Positions 37,620 through 49,512 of a stretch of DNA of 64,000 nucleotides are shown here, piece by piece. Both the position numbers and the translations under genes were made by a program. A model generated the notes under the pieces. It was not told the DNA's origin. It did not search any database and was given only the letters and a program-made list of their open reading frames with translations. Each line of letters opens with the position of its first letter. The first letter of the stretch is position 1. Location of the stretch: positions 997,793 to 1,061,792 of the forward strand of contig NMRA01000004.1 in the NCBI GenBank assembly GCA_002633005.1, written 5' to 3'. The DNA comes from Phoronis australis (Eukaryota; Animalia; Phoronida).

Positions 37620-40106
37620 TATAGGCCTACTAACAAGCTGTATTTTGACTATAGTCTTCACTGGTAGCTGGTGACTGAGGCTAACTAAGGTCTGCCGCGG
37701 CAGTGTGACACAGGACTAACCAGCCCGTAATTTCATGCAAGTGTCTGAAACTACCCTTGAATATATGCAGCATTTATCATTTGACCATTTTACTTCGACA
37801 AAACAGCTTGCAACCGCATGCATTTACCGTTCGCCAGTGTCTGGTCTCGATCCGCACCGGGTCCGATAGGCTGCGGTCCCGAGTCTGGCAAAATAATTTC
37901 TGTCAAAATTTATTCGCCACATTTCTTCAGCAAATTCCATAAAATTGTCCGTAGTTTGATTTTATCAAAATTAAGGCGCGCTGTCGATTTTTTTATCCCC
38001 GTTTGCTGGCTGGTAACAGTACAGGCACTGCTCCAGTCGCACTGACGGCGTTTTCTCGGCCTGGGTTCCTGAATGAATTGTACTTCCGGGTTCGCGGCAA
38101 GTTCAAAATGGCGGTGGTTCTTCGGGTGCGAATCGTGAGTGGCGCGTTCATTTAAACTTTTTTCGAGTACGGATCGTGTATTAGTTTTGGGGTAGGTACT
38201 TCTTGGATCCTTATAACATCCTCTAACCAAGTAATAAGGGTTAACAACGTGTGAGAGCAGGACTTTAAGAGAGGGAATCAATGATGCTTGCGATGCCTAA
38301 AAAGAAACTTTGGCAAAAACAGCATAACTTAAGCAAAAACAGTCTCTTTAAAAGTACACTTCACAATCTTTATTTTCACCATTTTAAAACAGTCAACAAC
38401 TAATCTGAGTAACAAGAAAATAAGACTGCAACTAGATTTACATGCATTAGCGAACAACACTGCACAGTTCCGCATATGTCTTGTTACATATCTGTTTGAG
38501 TTCATAAAATGTGAAGCTCAAAGTCAATCAACATCCATTTTGTTGACTTACCACCATAAGATAATTAAACATAAACATTTTGTTCAATGAGAAATCAAGT
38601 GGAGGAACATCATCTGAGAAAAAGTCAAATTTATTTGTGAAGTTTTAGCGGTAAGAGAGTTTTGGAGGACCTATCGTCAAAATTTCCAGAAAATCGCATT
38701 AGGAGTGCTATTTCAGGGTGTGGAAACGATCCCATTGCTGCGCCTTTAAATTCGAGCTTGGAACGAGAAAACACCAAACTCGCTGAATCGGTTCCATGCG
38801 CACGTTACACCAAACAGCTCCATAGGCCTCCAATCACCTTAAACTCCAGTCCCGTGTCATTAGTTTGGTGATAGTAGTATTTTATTCCTGGTACGGAAAT
38901 GGGATTTAGGGGTCTTCGGATATCGCAGCTGGAATTCATAGGCGCAGCCGTGCAATCATTTGAAATAAAGATATTCTGTTTATTTTAGATAACAACGTTT
39001 GCACTTTAATCCAACGAGATCGTCGACCAATGAAACAAGTCACGTGGTCAAGCTCTGAGGTAGACAGTCACAGCTATCTCGATGACGGATCAGGTAAATT
39101 GTTTAATGAAAAGATTTATCGTTAGCAATGCTTGGAAAAAATCGAACCCATGATACCTTTTTTGCTTTGGTGTTTAAAACAAATTAAAAAAAAAAACATT
39201 TTTGTTGACTTTCAGTTTTGCTCTTTATAAATGATTACAAACATCTCATCAAAGAATACAATTTTTAAATTTATCATTTGTAACAAATAACGTGAAATCG
39301 CTAAAGTAGCGCATTTCTAATACATGTCATTATGTCAATAATTTAGAGGCTCGTTTGTACAGATACGTGTATGTCAAAATTGATCGTGAAAAGCAATTCA
39401 TCATACGAAAAGCTTGCTGTGCTTTGAGACTCAGTGCAAAAGTGATACGTAATCAATGTTGAGCATAGACTTTGAAAAGCTGCAAATTTCTAATTCTTGT
39501 CATTAAATCAACATCACGAAAAAAATAAAAAAACGTAAGGGTACCAGAGTTTAGGATTTTATGGAACAGTATTCTAGTCTGAAAAAGTGACGTCGTCGCA
39601 CAAAAATCTAGCTTTTGTGGGTTCGTTATGCTGTGTAACATTTGAAGTCAAAGTGTTGTGTAACTTTTGAAGTGTCAGTTTCGACGAGCGCTGCTGATCA
39701 GGGACCACGTTCAGTGACTTGATCCGAGTCCCAGTCTTAAAAGTCTTAGCTGCATTGCGAAACAGTGTTTGCTCCCTTGGAGGTACGCCACTGGGTAAAA
39801 CGCAGACGTACAAAGTAGCTCTTAGTCGATTGAGATTCCTGAGACGCATAATAAGTCATGACAAAATCCGTCTTTCTGGACGGGACTGTTGGTTCCGTTA
39901 GAGAAATGATTTGATGTACGCAGGATATTTTGAAAAACATTAGTTCAATTCTCTTTTCATTCCCTTTGGAAAACACGTGTTTCACTGCAAAATATGGAAA
40001 TACGCAGAACCTGAAGAGTAAATTTATCGCAAAACGTTAAGCTGAGGTCTATTCGGATACACTCTACGCTCGACGCAGGCGACCAAGCGCAACACTTGAA
40101 GCTAGC

Positions 40107-40402
40107 GTGAAAAGGGGAAATATAACTTAATTGCGTGCTGGAATTACAGTGTTGAAGGGTGGCTGAACTGATTTTCAGTAAAAATCGACGGGCAATTGTC
40201 TGGTCATTCTGTTTTATTAAAACGCCATTAAGTTTATTATCGTCATTATTTCAGTGAAAAGGGGAAATATAACTTAATTGTGTGCTGCAATTACAGTGTT
40301 GAAGGGTGGCTGAACTGATTTTCAGGTAAAAAGCGACGGGGCAATTGTCTGAACATGATGTTTATTAAAACGCCATTACCTTTATTGTCATCATCATTTC
40401 AG
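40107..40402. repeat. Tandem duplication, ~147-bp unit x2, at the start of ACE intron 1
   Basis: GTGAAAAGGGGAAATATAACTTAATTG... begins at 40107 and at 40254. Confidence 0.9.
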
Positions 40403-40426
40403 AGGATACGTTGGCTTCTCACTTAC

Positions 40427-40624
40427 CTGCAGCTCCTGGTTGTAATCCGTAATATTTGTGTTGTAATTCCATGCTGCCAAAACACTATTGTAGTAAACTT
40501 CTTGAGCTCTCTGGTTGTACTGCTCCAACCAATCGCGCGCGACATTTTCGTCCGTAATTTTCTGCGCTTCCGTCTCCTGCAGCGAGTACGTGCAATACAC
40601 GAAAACGACAAAAACGCGAAACAT
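40427..40624 (-). CDS. ACE: ACE-like peptidyl-dipeptidase (M2 family), exon 1 (signal peptide + first helix)
   Basis: ATG at 40624; MFRVFVVFVYCTYSLQETEAQKITDENVARDWLEQYNQRAQEVYYNSVLAAWNYNTNITDYNQELQ with the ACE N-terminal motif W(N)YNTNIT; 198 nt, donor CAG|GTAAGT, phase 0. Confidence 0.9.
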
Positions 40625-41944
40625 CGTCCGAAGTCCGGTTTCACTCCGTTCGAAGTCCCAACAGCAAACCTCCCCGCTTAGGACCAACGAGCGCACTCTA
40701 GCACCAAATCCGAACTGCTAATAGAGAAGATAAACACATACTCAACAACCTGTTATCTTTAAGTGGATGCGCCAACGAAAGGCTGTTATCTCTCGGCAGA
40801 GGGCGCTTATGTATGGCACCAATGAAATGCTGGCAATTAGCTACAATTTTCGATTAGGAAAAGAGGGCTTGGCGCTGTTACATTGTCATGGAGTCTTTGA
40901 AAGAATGGGAGTGTCAAAGCGTGTGTGATTGATCGTTCTTGACGAAATCAGTCGTTTATGCCATGCAATCACATTTCTACCACTTTAATTAGTCGTACCG
41001 TGGTGTTTTTAGACTAAACATTATTCAGGTTATAGGTTATGCTACACGCATGCTTCTAAGGATATTAGTTTGATTATCAGGGAACATTCTGCAAAATAGA
41101 TTTGTATTACTACGCGGTAGACTGTTTATTTGATGCGGCACAAATGTGCAAGTGCATTACAATAATAGTTGATTTCTCAACTGCACGCAACATTAATAGT
41201 GCCCCCTCTGCTGGAATGGCATGCAAAGTCATGCGACCTTAGAGTCAACCTTGACTTGTAAAGCTATATACGAAAAATCACGTGCCTGATAATTCAGTCG
41301 AGCCTCAGATATAGCGTCTTGGTGGTCGAAGGCTTCACGTGTATGTGCAAGAAAGCAGTTTTTCTACACCGGCCTTCCCCTAGGCCATATGAAATCGAGC
41401 GTGAATAAATGATGTCACGTGTGTGATATTAATTAGCATTAGTTTGCCTTGAACTGTTTTGGTCCCTCACCTTAAAGGGACAATATCGACAAGTAACGAG
41501 ATATCGTGAGATCAGCCTCAGGGTGGAATCGAACCTGCAACTCCTTTGGTTGCAGTCTAACGTCCTGCTAGCAGAGCTAAGTCCCACTGAATTAAAATTG
41601 ATGACTGGGTATTTTAAGAGTATGTACTCGTAGTTAAAATCACCGGTCTCGATATCAGCGAATGTCTGGCAGACAACAGGGCCATTAGCGTTTTGTAATA
41701 AAATTTCAAAACATAGCAGCTCCCTTCAACGCTGATAACTTCATGAAGTCTGTACGATTCAGGAATAGTTCCCAAAACAGTGTTTTGGGCCGTTGGGACG
41801 TAAACCCGAAAACGTCCGTTTAGCATAATTTTCCTACTTATGTGCAGGTGCGTAGGAGAATATTTTTGTCTCAGTGTCGCTGATGCATGTACAGCAATAT
41901 TGTAACTTACGTGTAGCTTCAGCAGAGTGCGAAAGTAAGTAACA

Positions 41945-42482
41945 GTGAATATGGGTAGTGAGCACAATGGGCGTAATGTGGGTGGAAAGTGGACGTGACG
42001 GGGTTCTGTGAATGGGTTGCGAGCGCAATGGGGTTATGTGAATGAGTTGTGAGCACAATGCATTGGTTGCGCACTATAGGGGGCTAGGGGATTATATTTG
42101 CCCCACTTTTTTCAGTGCTGCGCCGCCCATGGTCTATGGGCGGTGCACCACAGGGGGCTGGGGGGTTTAGCCCCTTCCCTACTTTTTTCAGTGCTGCGCC
42201 GCCCATGCAATGGAGGTAATGTGAATGGGTTGTGGACGCAACGGAGTTGTGTTAATACATGTAGGTTGTGGACGCAATGGGGTAATGAGAATATGGTTAT
42301 GGGAATAGGTTGTAAGGGCAATGAAAAGGTTGTGAGCACAATGTGAATGGGTTGTGGACGCAACGACGTTATGGGAATGTGTTGTGGACGCAATCGGACT
42401 GGGCTGTGGACCCAACGGGGTTATGTGAATGGGCTGTGAGCGCAATGGAGTTTTGTGAATGGGTTGTGGGTGCAATGGGGTT
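41945..42482. repeat. Degenerate ~30-bp minisatellite
   Basis: Recurring GTGAATGGGTTGTG(GA/AG)CGCAATGGGGTTAT units. Confidence 0.8.
42061..42207. mobile_element. GC-rich MITE inserted in a minisatellite
   Basis: CATTGG ... CAGTGCTGCGCCGCCCATG with CAATG on both sides; related sequence at about 62880-62975. Confidence 0.55.
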
Positions 42483-43910
42483 GGTCCAACATCAACAAAA
42501 GGCACAATATAACTTACTAAGACCGAAAAATAGAGTGGAGTTATTTGAAGTACGGTTACCTTCTTGAAGTTATTATGTGTATTTTTGACCAGAGCTATAA
42601 AACAAAATGTGTGTATTTTCGTAATTTTAATGTAAGTTGCCAATTCGTATTCACAGCCTGGCAGTCAAAGTTCACGGGAGGCGGCTACCTCAGTCGTCAG
42701 TTGTTTAGCCTACGCGAGCATTGTGTAGTGGTGATGAATTCCAGCGTGAAAAAGTATTGGTGGTAACTTTCACCAACCTACTCTGCTGTTAGACGTCATA
42801 GCTGAACTCTAAAATTACATGGTGCCGCACAAAATGAGCTTGCGGGCAAGGCAGTACCTAAACGTCTCGTGGTTCAGCAGTCGGGGAAGTCGAGGGTCAT
42901 TGGTCTGTTAGATTTTGCGGAAATAAACCGAAAGAGAGACACACTCATGCGGGAAAATAATTTTGATGAAATATCCCGTGTTCGTCGGTTCAGCTTTGCA
43001 CACTTCTTCCACGTCTCATTGTCGCAAATTAGGTCACTTGAAAACACAACCAGAATAAAAATGTAATGATTTAACTCCACCTGAAGGTCTTGGAGTTTAT
43101 TAAAATGACATATTGACGTACGATCATAGCAAAAATTGTTTTTCCATCAGAAACACCTCGCCAATTGATGGCCAATAAATGGAATATTAATTTAGGTCTT
43201 ACCTAAGACAAAACCTGTTTGATCGATTAGCTCTGCTGCGACGTCTGTGAAATTGGGTTCCCCGAAACCGAAAAAACATGCCAGGATTATTTGAAAACAA
43301 ATTCATGTATACAGTACATAGAACGTATGCAGAAGAAGTGGCCAAAATGATTCATTTGTTTATGTATTTTATGCTTATAAAACCAACTTAATTTAGGCTT
43401 ATGACACTCAGACTTTTCCATAGTTCGTACGTAAACTGGAGACTATAAACTCCGTTTGGTTCTTGCCACGCCCCTTATGTCAACCCTATGACACGTACAC
43501 AATTTAGAGCCCAGTCATTGGGCACCATGCACTATTCAACTTTAACCTAGCTGTCTCTCGCCCATGTGCAAATTAAGCTAGCGAGTCAAATATCACTGAA
43601 CTAGGTTCCTGTAACAAAAGTTTATAAACTTGGATTTTTGTGCTAACTCAGATAGCTGTCACGCCACCTGGCGTTTAGGCAGGAACCGCAATTTCTTACT
43701 ACTGCGTTCCTGACTTCTTGCAGCGTGCACGTGCAACACGTACACGAAAACGGCGAAAATTTTCAACATAAAGCGAAATCCTTGCAAAAGATGATCTGCG
43801 CCCCCTAGTGAGGTTTATTTTCCTGACCCAATTTGCAGAGTTTACCTACAGTGTGATTTTTCAGCGGAGATTATGAAAGAACGACCTGTCGCGTGCTTCT
43901 GTCGACTTAA

Positions 43911-45212
43911 AGGCGAAGGCAACCTTTTTTCATATCACTTTTAGCAAAAATAAGGTCTGTTGATTATCCCAGACAAATTTTTCACTTAATTATAGCTTTT
44001 CGTAATTTAATTAATATCTCGTCCTCTACTCCGGAAGTGACGTATTGGGAGGTAAGAATTTCGCGCCAATTTCTTTTCATACAGTCAGACTGTGAGAGCT
44101 GTCAAGTCAGTCATTGTTCTACCTCGGATGTGATAAGTTCGGTCATCGTTTGCTTTTGTTTACGAGTCAGTCAACATGCCACGCTGTTGCTGCGTACCAG
44201 GATGTACTCATTATCGTCTCACACGCGCTTTGGGTACCTTGCATCGCTTTCCGAAGGATGACACACTTCGCCGAACTTGGCTAGCTCGTTCGTGAGAAGA
44301 ACGCAGCGCTACCCGTTCACTCAACGTACAAAGCAGGGGCAAGCATTTTCAGCTGTCAGATTACGACAGAGATATGTACGCTGAATTGATGAAGGACCCT
44401 GCGAAACAACGCTTGAAGAAGGGTTCCATACCGTCGCTGTTGATTACCGGCAGTGCCCCGTCGCCACCTCCGAGAAGTGCGTTTTTTGAAGCGAGAAGCC
44501 TCGCGAGCTGTGGCCACTATATACAGTGACTGGAGGCACTTCATCAACTGTCACCCATGCCTCCGAACGTACCCTATAGCATGCAATTCCAGGAACTAGC
44601 AGTGATTCCCCGTGTGCTGTTTTCTCTAACCCAGAGCCTGTAAGCAGCCCTGCAGCGATGTTGAGTAGTGGGAGTGAGTACAGGCCCAGTTTTGACACCC
44701 AGTTCGTCATCCAATGAACAGATCGGTGAGCCTAAGTTTGATAAATTTATTGTGGACTTGTATTGGAGCTATTTAGAAGGTGCCATGTGTGTGACGAGGG
44801 AGTCGCACGGCGGGATGTAAGCAGTTTGGGTGCTCAAGTCACCATCCACTGGGAGTGTGTCGCGGGACACTCGGGCAAGTGGGACAGTTCTTCCTCTGTA
44901 CGTGATACGATAATGAGTACATCTCGGTAGGCAGCAACAGCGTGGCATGTTGACTGACTCGTAAACAAAAGCAAACGACGACCGAACTTATTACATCCGA
45001 GGTTGAACAATGACTGACTTGACAGCTCTCACAGTCAGACTGTATGAAAAGAAATTGGCGCGAAATTCTTGCCTCCCAAAACATCACTTCCGGAGTAGAC
45101 GACGATTAATTAATTAAATTACGAAAAGCTGTAAATAAGTGAAAAATATGTCTGGGATAATTAACGAATCATATTTTTGCTAAAAATGACATGAAAAAGG
45201 TTGCCTTCGCCT
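43911..45212 (+). mobile_element. Kolobok-like non-autonomous DNA transposon (copy 2, degenerate THAP)
   Basis: TTAA flanks (43907-43910, 45213-45216), same AGGCGAAGGCAACCTTTTT termini and ~300-bp TIRs; frameshifted THAP starting ATGCCACGCTGTTGCTGCGTACC near 44176. Confidence 0.8.
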
Positions 45213-46759
45213 TTAACTAACAACGTTTCACTTTCATGACGACGATCAGTAGTATCTCGCTCGCAAATTACATGGCGATCGAGCTTGACAATGAATGAAT
45301 GAAGCGTAATTAAGCACAGCTATGAACATCTTGGCGACAGTTGTTGCCTGTTGATGAAAATGCGATCGCAGTCTATTGCGTACGACCACGTCGAACAGAC
45401 ATAGGCTTACTACTTTTGAGAAAATGGCCGCCTGTTTACAGTTTGTCTTTCTATATTGCGATCAAAATATTGCCAAAATCGTTGGCATACTCTTTAGACC
45501 AGCGGGTAGCATAAGCTCCAATGCCTCCCTATTTAAGGCAAAATCAATCTCGCTACACATCTTCGGGCAGTGGACCCTCGTAAAGACAAGTCTCTGGTTC
45601 TTTAGGCAGAATACCTCTAGCTATGCCATGGTAGCCAGTGGACATGACTTGATCAAAGAAGATGGTGATAAAATGTGTCAAAGTGAATCGACTAATTGTA
45701 GAAAGACGCCCTAATCGCCTAAATAAAGCATCACTATCTCGTCTGTTTGAGTAGCACTCTCAACCTACAGTAAGGTCAACGGCTAACGTGCACTAAAATA
45801 TGCCTTAGTAGTTTACTTGTGGAACACGGCCGAGGCACATGCCAGAAATGTTGAATAAGGAAGAGACAAAATATAACAATCTGATAAAGTCATGTGCCTG
45901 AATGGTAAAGCTTCCTCATTAACTGTTTGCACATTTAGGTGACCCTGCAAAAATTATTGCAGTGCATTGTTAATTAGGACACAGTGCCTCGTTTTAGCAT
46001 CAATTTTAACAACGCTAACGTGAATATACGCGTGTTCCACACGTGCAGAGCTCTTTGTAGTTTGGCCACATGGCCTCGTTTTCAAGTATAATGGCTAATC
46101 CGGCCAAGTACATGTACATTTACTGTTGACTGTTTTGTGTAGTTGACGATGTCTAGTCTGGAACGTGCACGTTTAAGTGAAAACTTGAAGCGCATACAAC
46201 AATATTTTTTAAAGGTATTTAGGTATAAGTTGCCTGTTGTTCGAGGTCTAAGTGATCTATCTGTTTAGAAAATTAAGTGTATTTGCAATGAATTTACGTC
46301 ATGCATTTTCTAGTCGTACCAAGGTTGCGTTCCTAAGGCTAGTTTCAAACGAACTTGGCGACGGTTCGCAAGTCCTCATCATGTGTTACAAGCGAGGAGG
46401 CACTTGCTAACTCTCACTGGCAGGAAGGTTTGCGTGATGGAATGAGCCCGGCGAGACATGTTATCCAACTCCCGTCACACTGGTACACAACTCAAGAATC
46501 CAAACTAGATTCAGGAGTCATATTCACACGTCGTGTGTTTGCGAAATTTGTAATTGAACTTTCAATCAATAACAATTACCGAATTGATTTACTTTTTATT
46601 CTTTGTCATCATTCAAACACTGTATAAAATACTTGATTTATATTCAACACTTAGCGTAATTATACAAATAATTAAATAAATAAATGGATAAATAAAAATA
46701 CATCACTACAATAGATATCACAAAAATTTTCCAATTAGTTAGGATTTGATCACGCCGTT

Positions 46760-46925
46760 TTATTTTGGAGGCAAATGAAGTGACACTGGAGACGACGCCA
46801 TCGCTGCGTTTGCCACATACAGACTATGCAGAGCGAATTGGTTCCATAGACCGGTAGGGGGCCCCCATAAACCTTGCCGATGCGCAATCTTCAGGCGAGA
46901 GGCAAGCTGCTTTTTCCATTTCGTT
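46760..46925 (-). CDS. Nedx: Nedx exon 4 (end of homeodomain, C-terminus, stop)
   Basis: Acceptor TTTCAG|A; RTKWKKQLASRLKIAHRQGLW...PPK*. The SRLKIAHRxGL extension matches lms/Nedx. Joined CDS is 1071 nt = 356 aa + stop. Confidence 0.88.
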
Positions 46926-47957
46926 CTGAAATTTAGAAACGGAGTCATTTTTTTGCGTTGAGCAAAAATCCACGAAAATCCTCAAAACTTAACATAGCTT
47001 TTTTTTTCAAATTCCAACTTCTTTTTGTTTCGATTTTGCGTCAGGGTTGCGTAATATTAATGTCTAGCGCAAGACAGTCACGAGTCGCTCACATGATTTC
47101 CTGATTTTGAGAATCGTTTTGATGATCGTTATTCAATGGCAGAAACTGGTTTCCAAAATCTGCAGCCCTTTCAGTGACTTTGACAAGAATGACAGTGATG
47201 ACACTGCATGTATAACGTGCTCATATTCACATTTTCATATTTTATTATTTTAGCAGTTTTTGTAAGTAACTCGTTAAAAATGAGTTGCATCGATTACCCT
47301 TCAAAAATGTAGTAAGTATAGGTCCCGAAACTCTGCCGAAACTGTCTTTGGCGATTTTGATTATCAAGAATGCCAACTTTGGACAATTTAGTGCTACGCA
47401 ACTGATCGCAACTTGGACATATATTTGATTTCAGCGGCCTTTTGGAGTAACGGGCATATTGGTTCTGCTACAGAACAAACTCAACAAAATGAGATTCACA
47501 GGTTGTCATTTTATACGCCGAAAGCATTACAGCTGAAAATCCAATGGACATTGCTAGTTATGTTACCGCACGCTATGTGGCGCTAGTTGTTGACCCTAAC
47601 TCATTGGTCTTCAATTTTGCAGGACAACATTAACAGCTCCGTATCGCATTATCGTGAAAAACTTTTTTACACTAGTGACAGTATTTCAAAAAATACTCGA
47701 CTCGCTTCGTCGAAGTTGTCACGCCAGGGAAAACAATTTTGAAGTTATACAATACAGAAAAAGTCAAGACGGAAAATAGATGATTTTCTTCTTGCTCGTC
47801 GAAAAGCGTGATAAAAATCAGGACAAATTTCTGGATCACTTTAGAATTAGCCGAAACATTTTTGTCACGCATTCATCTTCATATTCGATCATTAACGAGA
47901 AGATATTCGTCGTCGTTGTTGTTTTTTTTTTGAAATTGCTTTGTGTTGTAATCTTAC

Positions 47958-48052
47958 CTCCTGTTTTGAAACCAAGTTTTAATCTGCGTTTCTGTTAATT
48001 TTAGAACTTGTGACAGCTCCATCCTTTTATTCACGCTCAGATACTTGTCACA
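47958..48052 (-). CDS. Nedx: Nedx exon 3 (homeodomain residues 22-53; absent from ORF track)
   Basis: Acceptor TATTTCAG|TGT, donor AG|GTAAG; 95 nt, phase 0/2; [32 protein letters not shown] (T47, Q50). Confidence 0.9.
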
Positions 48053-48918
48053 CTGAAATAAATAGATAAATAATATTCATAAAAAGACAATAGTCCCTGA
48101 TTTTTAAAACCGGTTTAATGCTCGTTACTCAGCTGAGAAAACTGGTTCTCAAAATTCTACGCGACCATTACCCATCAATCAAACTTACAAAAGTTCGTGA
48201 TTTGCAAGCCTTTTTTGGGAAATAGACCGCTGGAGCCGGTAGCTTAAAACAATCCCAGACAATGACGCAACAAAATACATTGCCAGTGTGGATTTGTGCT
48301 ACAGTAACAATGGCTCCCTTTTCTTCTTATATTTTATCTTAATTCAGACTAAAAAACTTTTTGACTTTGATACATGTAAATACCGAAAGAAAAATTTCCG
48401 TTGAATGCGTAATATTAATGAAATTGAGCAAGGACCTTTTCATGCAGCATTGGCGAATTTAGGATACCATAAGGGGGGCCAAGATGTTGCCTCGGAGAAT
48501 TGGGCAAGCGCGATTGTACGCACAGGCGGCCCGAAAAGTTGTGGGGGCTAGCGATGTGGACGTGTACCCAAATTCTATCGGAGGACTAAAAAAAAGAAAA
48601 AAGAAAACGGGAACACTGTTCCGCCGCGCTCTGGGGCCCTCCACTGCCATTCCAAATTGGTGCACTCGATATTTCTTCACGCTGTCGCTGTTTAATTTTC
48701 CTTGCACCAGCCAAGGAAGGCCCCCTGCAGCGTCCCTAATTTAAGGACATCGTCATGTCTCTGTTTATTTTCAATGAAATTAGGAGCCAGCTTTCAGATT
48801 GATAACTAAAACTGTGATTAAAGAGGACTGGAACGCGAAAAAAAAACATACTAAGTTGTATAATTCAGAGTGGTTGTCTACCACTGTTACAGAATTCAAA
48901 TTGCGTTCAAAACCAATG

Positions 48919-49186
48919 CATGGGCGTACCCAGAGGGGGGCTAGGAGGGGGCTCAAAGGAGCGCCCCAATTTGGCGAATCGGGCAAAAAGGTCAACCTCG
49001 GTGAAAAAAGTCCGCGTAAAAGACACAAAAGTCCACAAAGGCACAGGAATTCGGCCCAGATGATGCACAATTCGTAGGCCTGAACATAGTGGCCCCGTTT
49101 TTTTAGTCCTCGTTGATTTTGTTCAGTAAAAGGTCCCATACCGAGAAATTCGAACCCCCTTATATTTTAGGCTGAGTGCGCCCATG
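48919..49186. mobile_element. GC-rich MITE, CATGGGCG type (Nedx intron 2)
   Basis: CATGGGCGTACCCAG ... CTGAGTGCGCCCATG flanked by CAATG; relatives at about 52281-52540 and 30671-30872. Confidence 0.7.
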
Positions 49187-49408
49187 CAATGTTAGAACAA
49201 TAAAAACGTATGTCAATATACCGTGTATATTCTTGCATAGTGGTAGCTTGTCGAATACACGTATGTTTATTATTTTCTAAGAAATGATAATTCCACAATG
49301 AAATGAGAATATTTCAGATAAATTATTCACAGAAAAACCGTACTCTTTAGAATTTATTCAACTTCATCAATTCCAAACGTTTAGCTTCGTTGGATTTAAT
49401 GAAAATAC

Positions 49409-49512
49409 CTTAAACTCTGCTTCTAACTTTTCCAGCTGAGAGGTCGAGTAGGCTTGTCGTGGCTTGCGATCAATCCCTTGTTTCCTAGCTCTCCGACCCA
49501 TGGGTTTTGGAC
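49409..49512 (-). CDS. Nedx: Nedx exon 2 (homeodomain residues 1-21; absent from ORF track)
   Basis: Acceptor CCTTCAG|GT, donor AAG|GTATTT; 104 nt, phase 1/0; GPKPMGRRARKQGIDRKPRQAYSTSQLEKLEAEFK. RKPRQAYS is the N-terminal arm I recall for the Drosophila lms (CG13424)/Nedx family. Confidence 0.88.

Noticed and set aside
40625-40696. Upstream extension of ACE exon 1 given by the ORF track
   Set aside because: Begins at a non-ATG codon; the ATG at 40624 directly precedes the hydrophobic signal peptide.
42112-42643. ORFs with PQPIH repeats
   Set aside because: Translations of the minisatellite and an inserted MITE.
46760-49512. NK7 assignment of the homeobox gene
   Set aside because: RTKWKKQ is shared, but RKPRQAYS, T47 and SRLKIAHRQGL fit lms/Nedx rather than NK7 (KKARTTF, KIWFQ).
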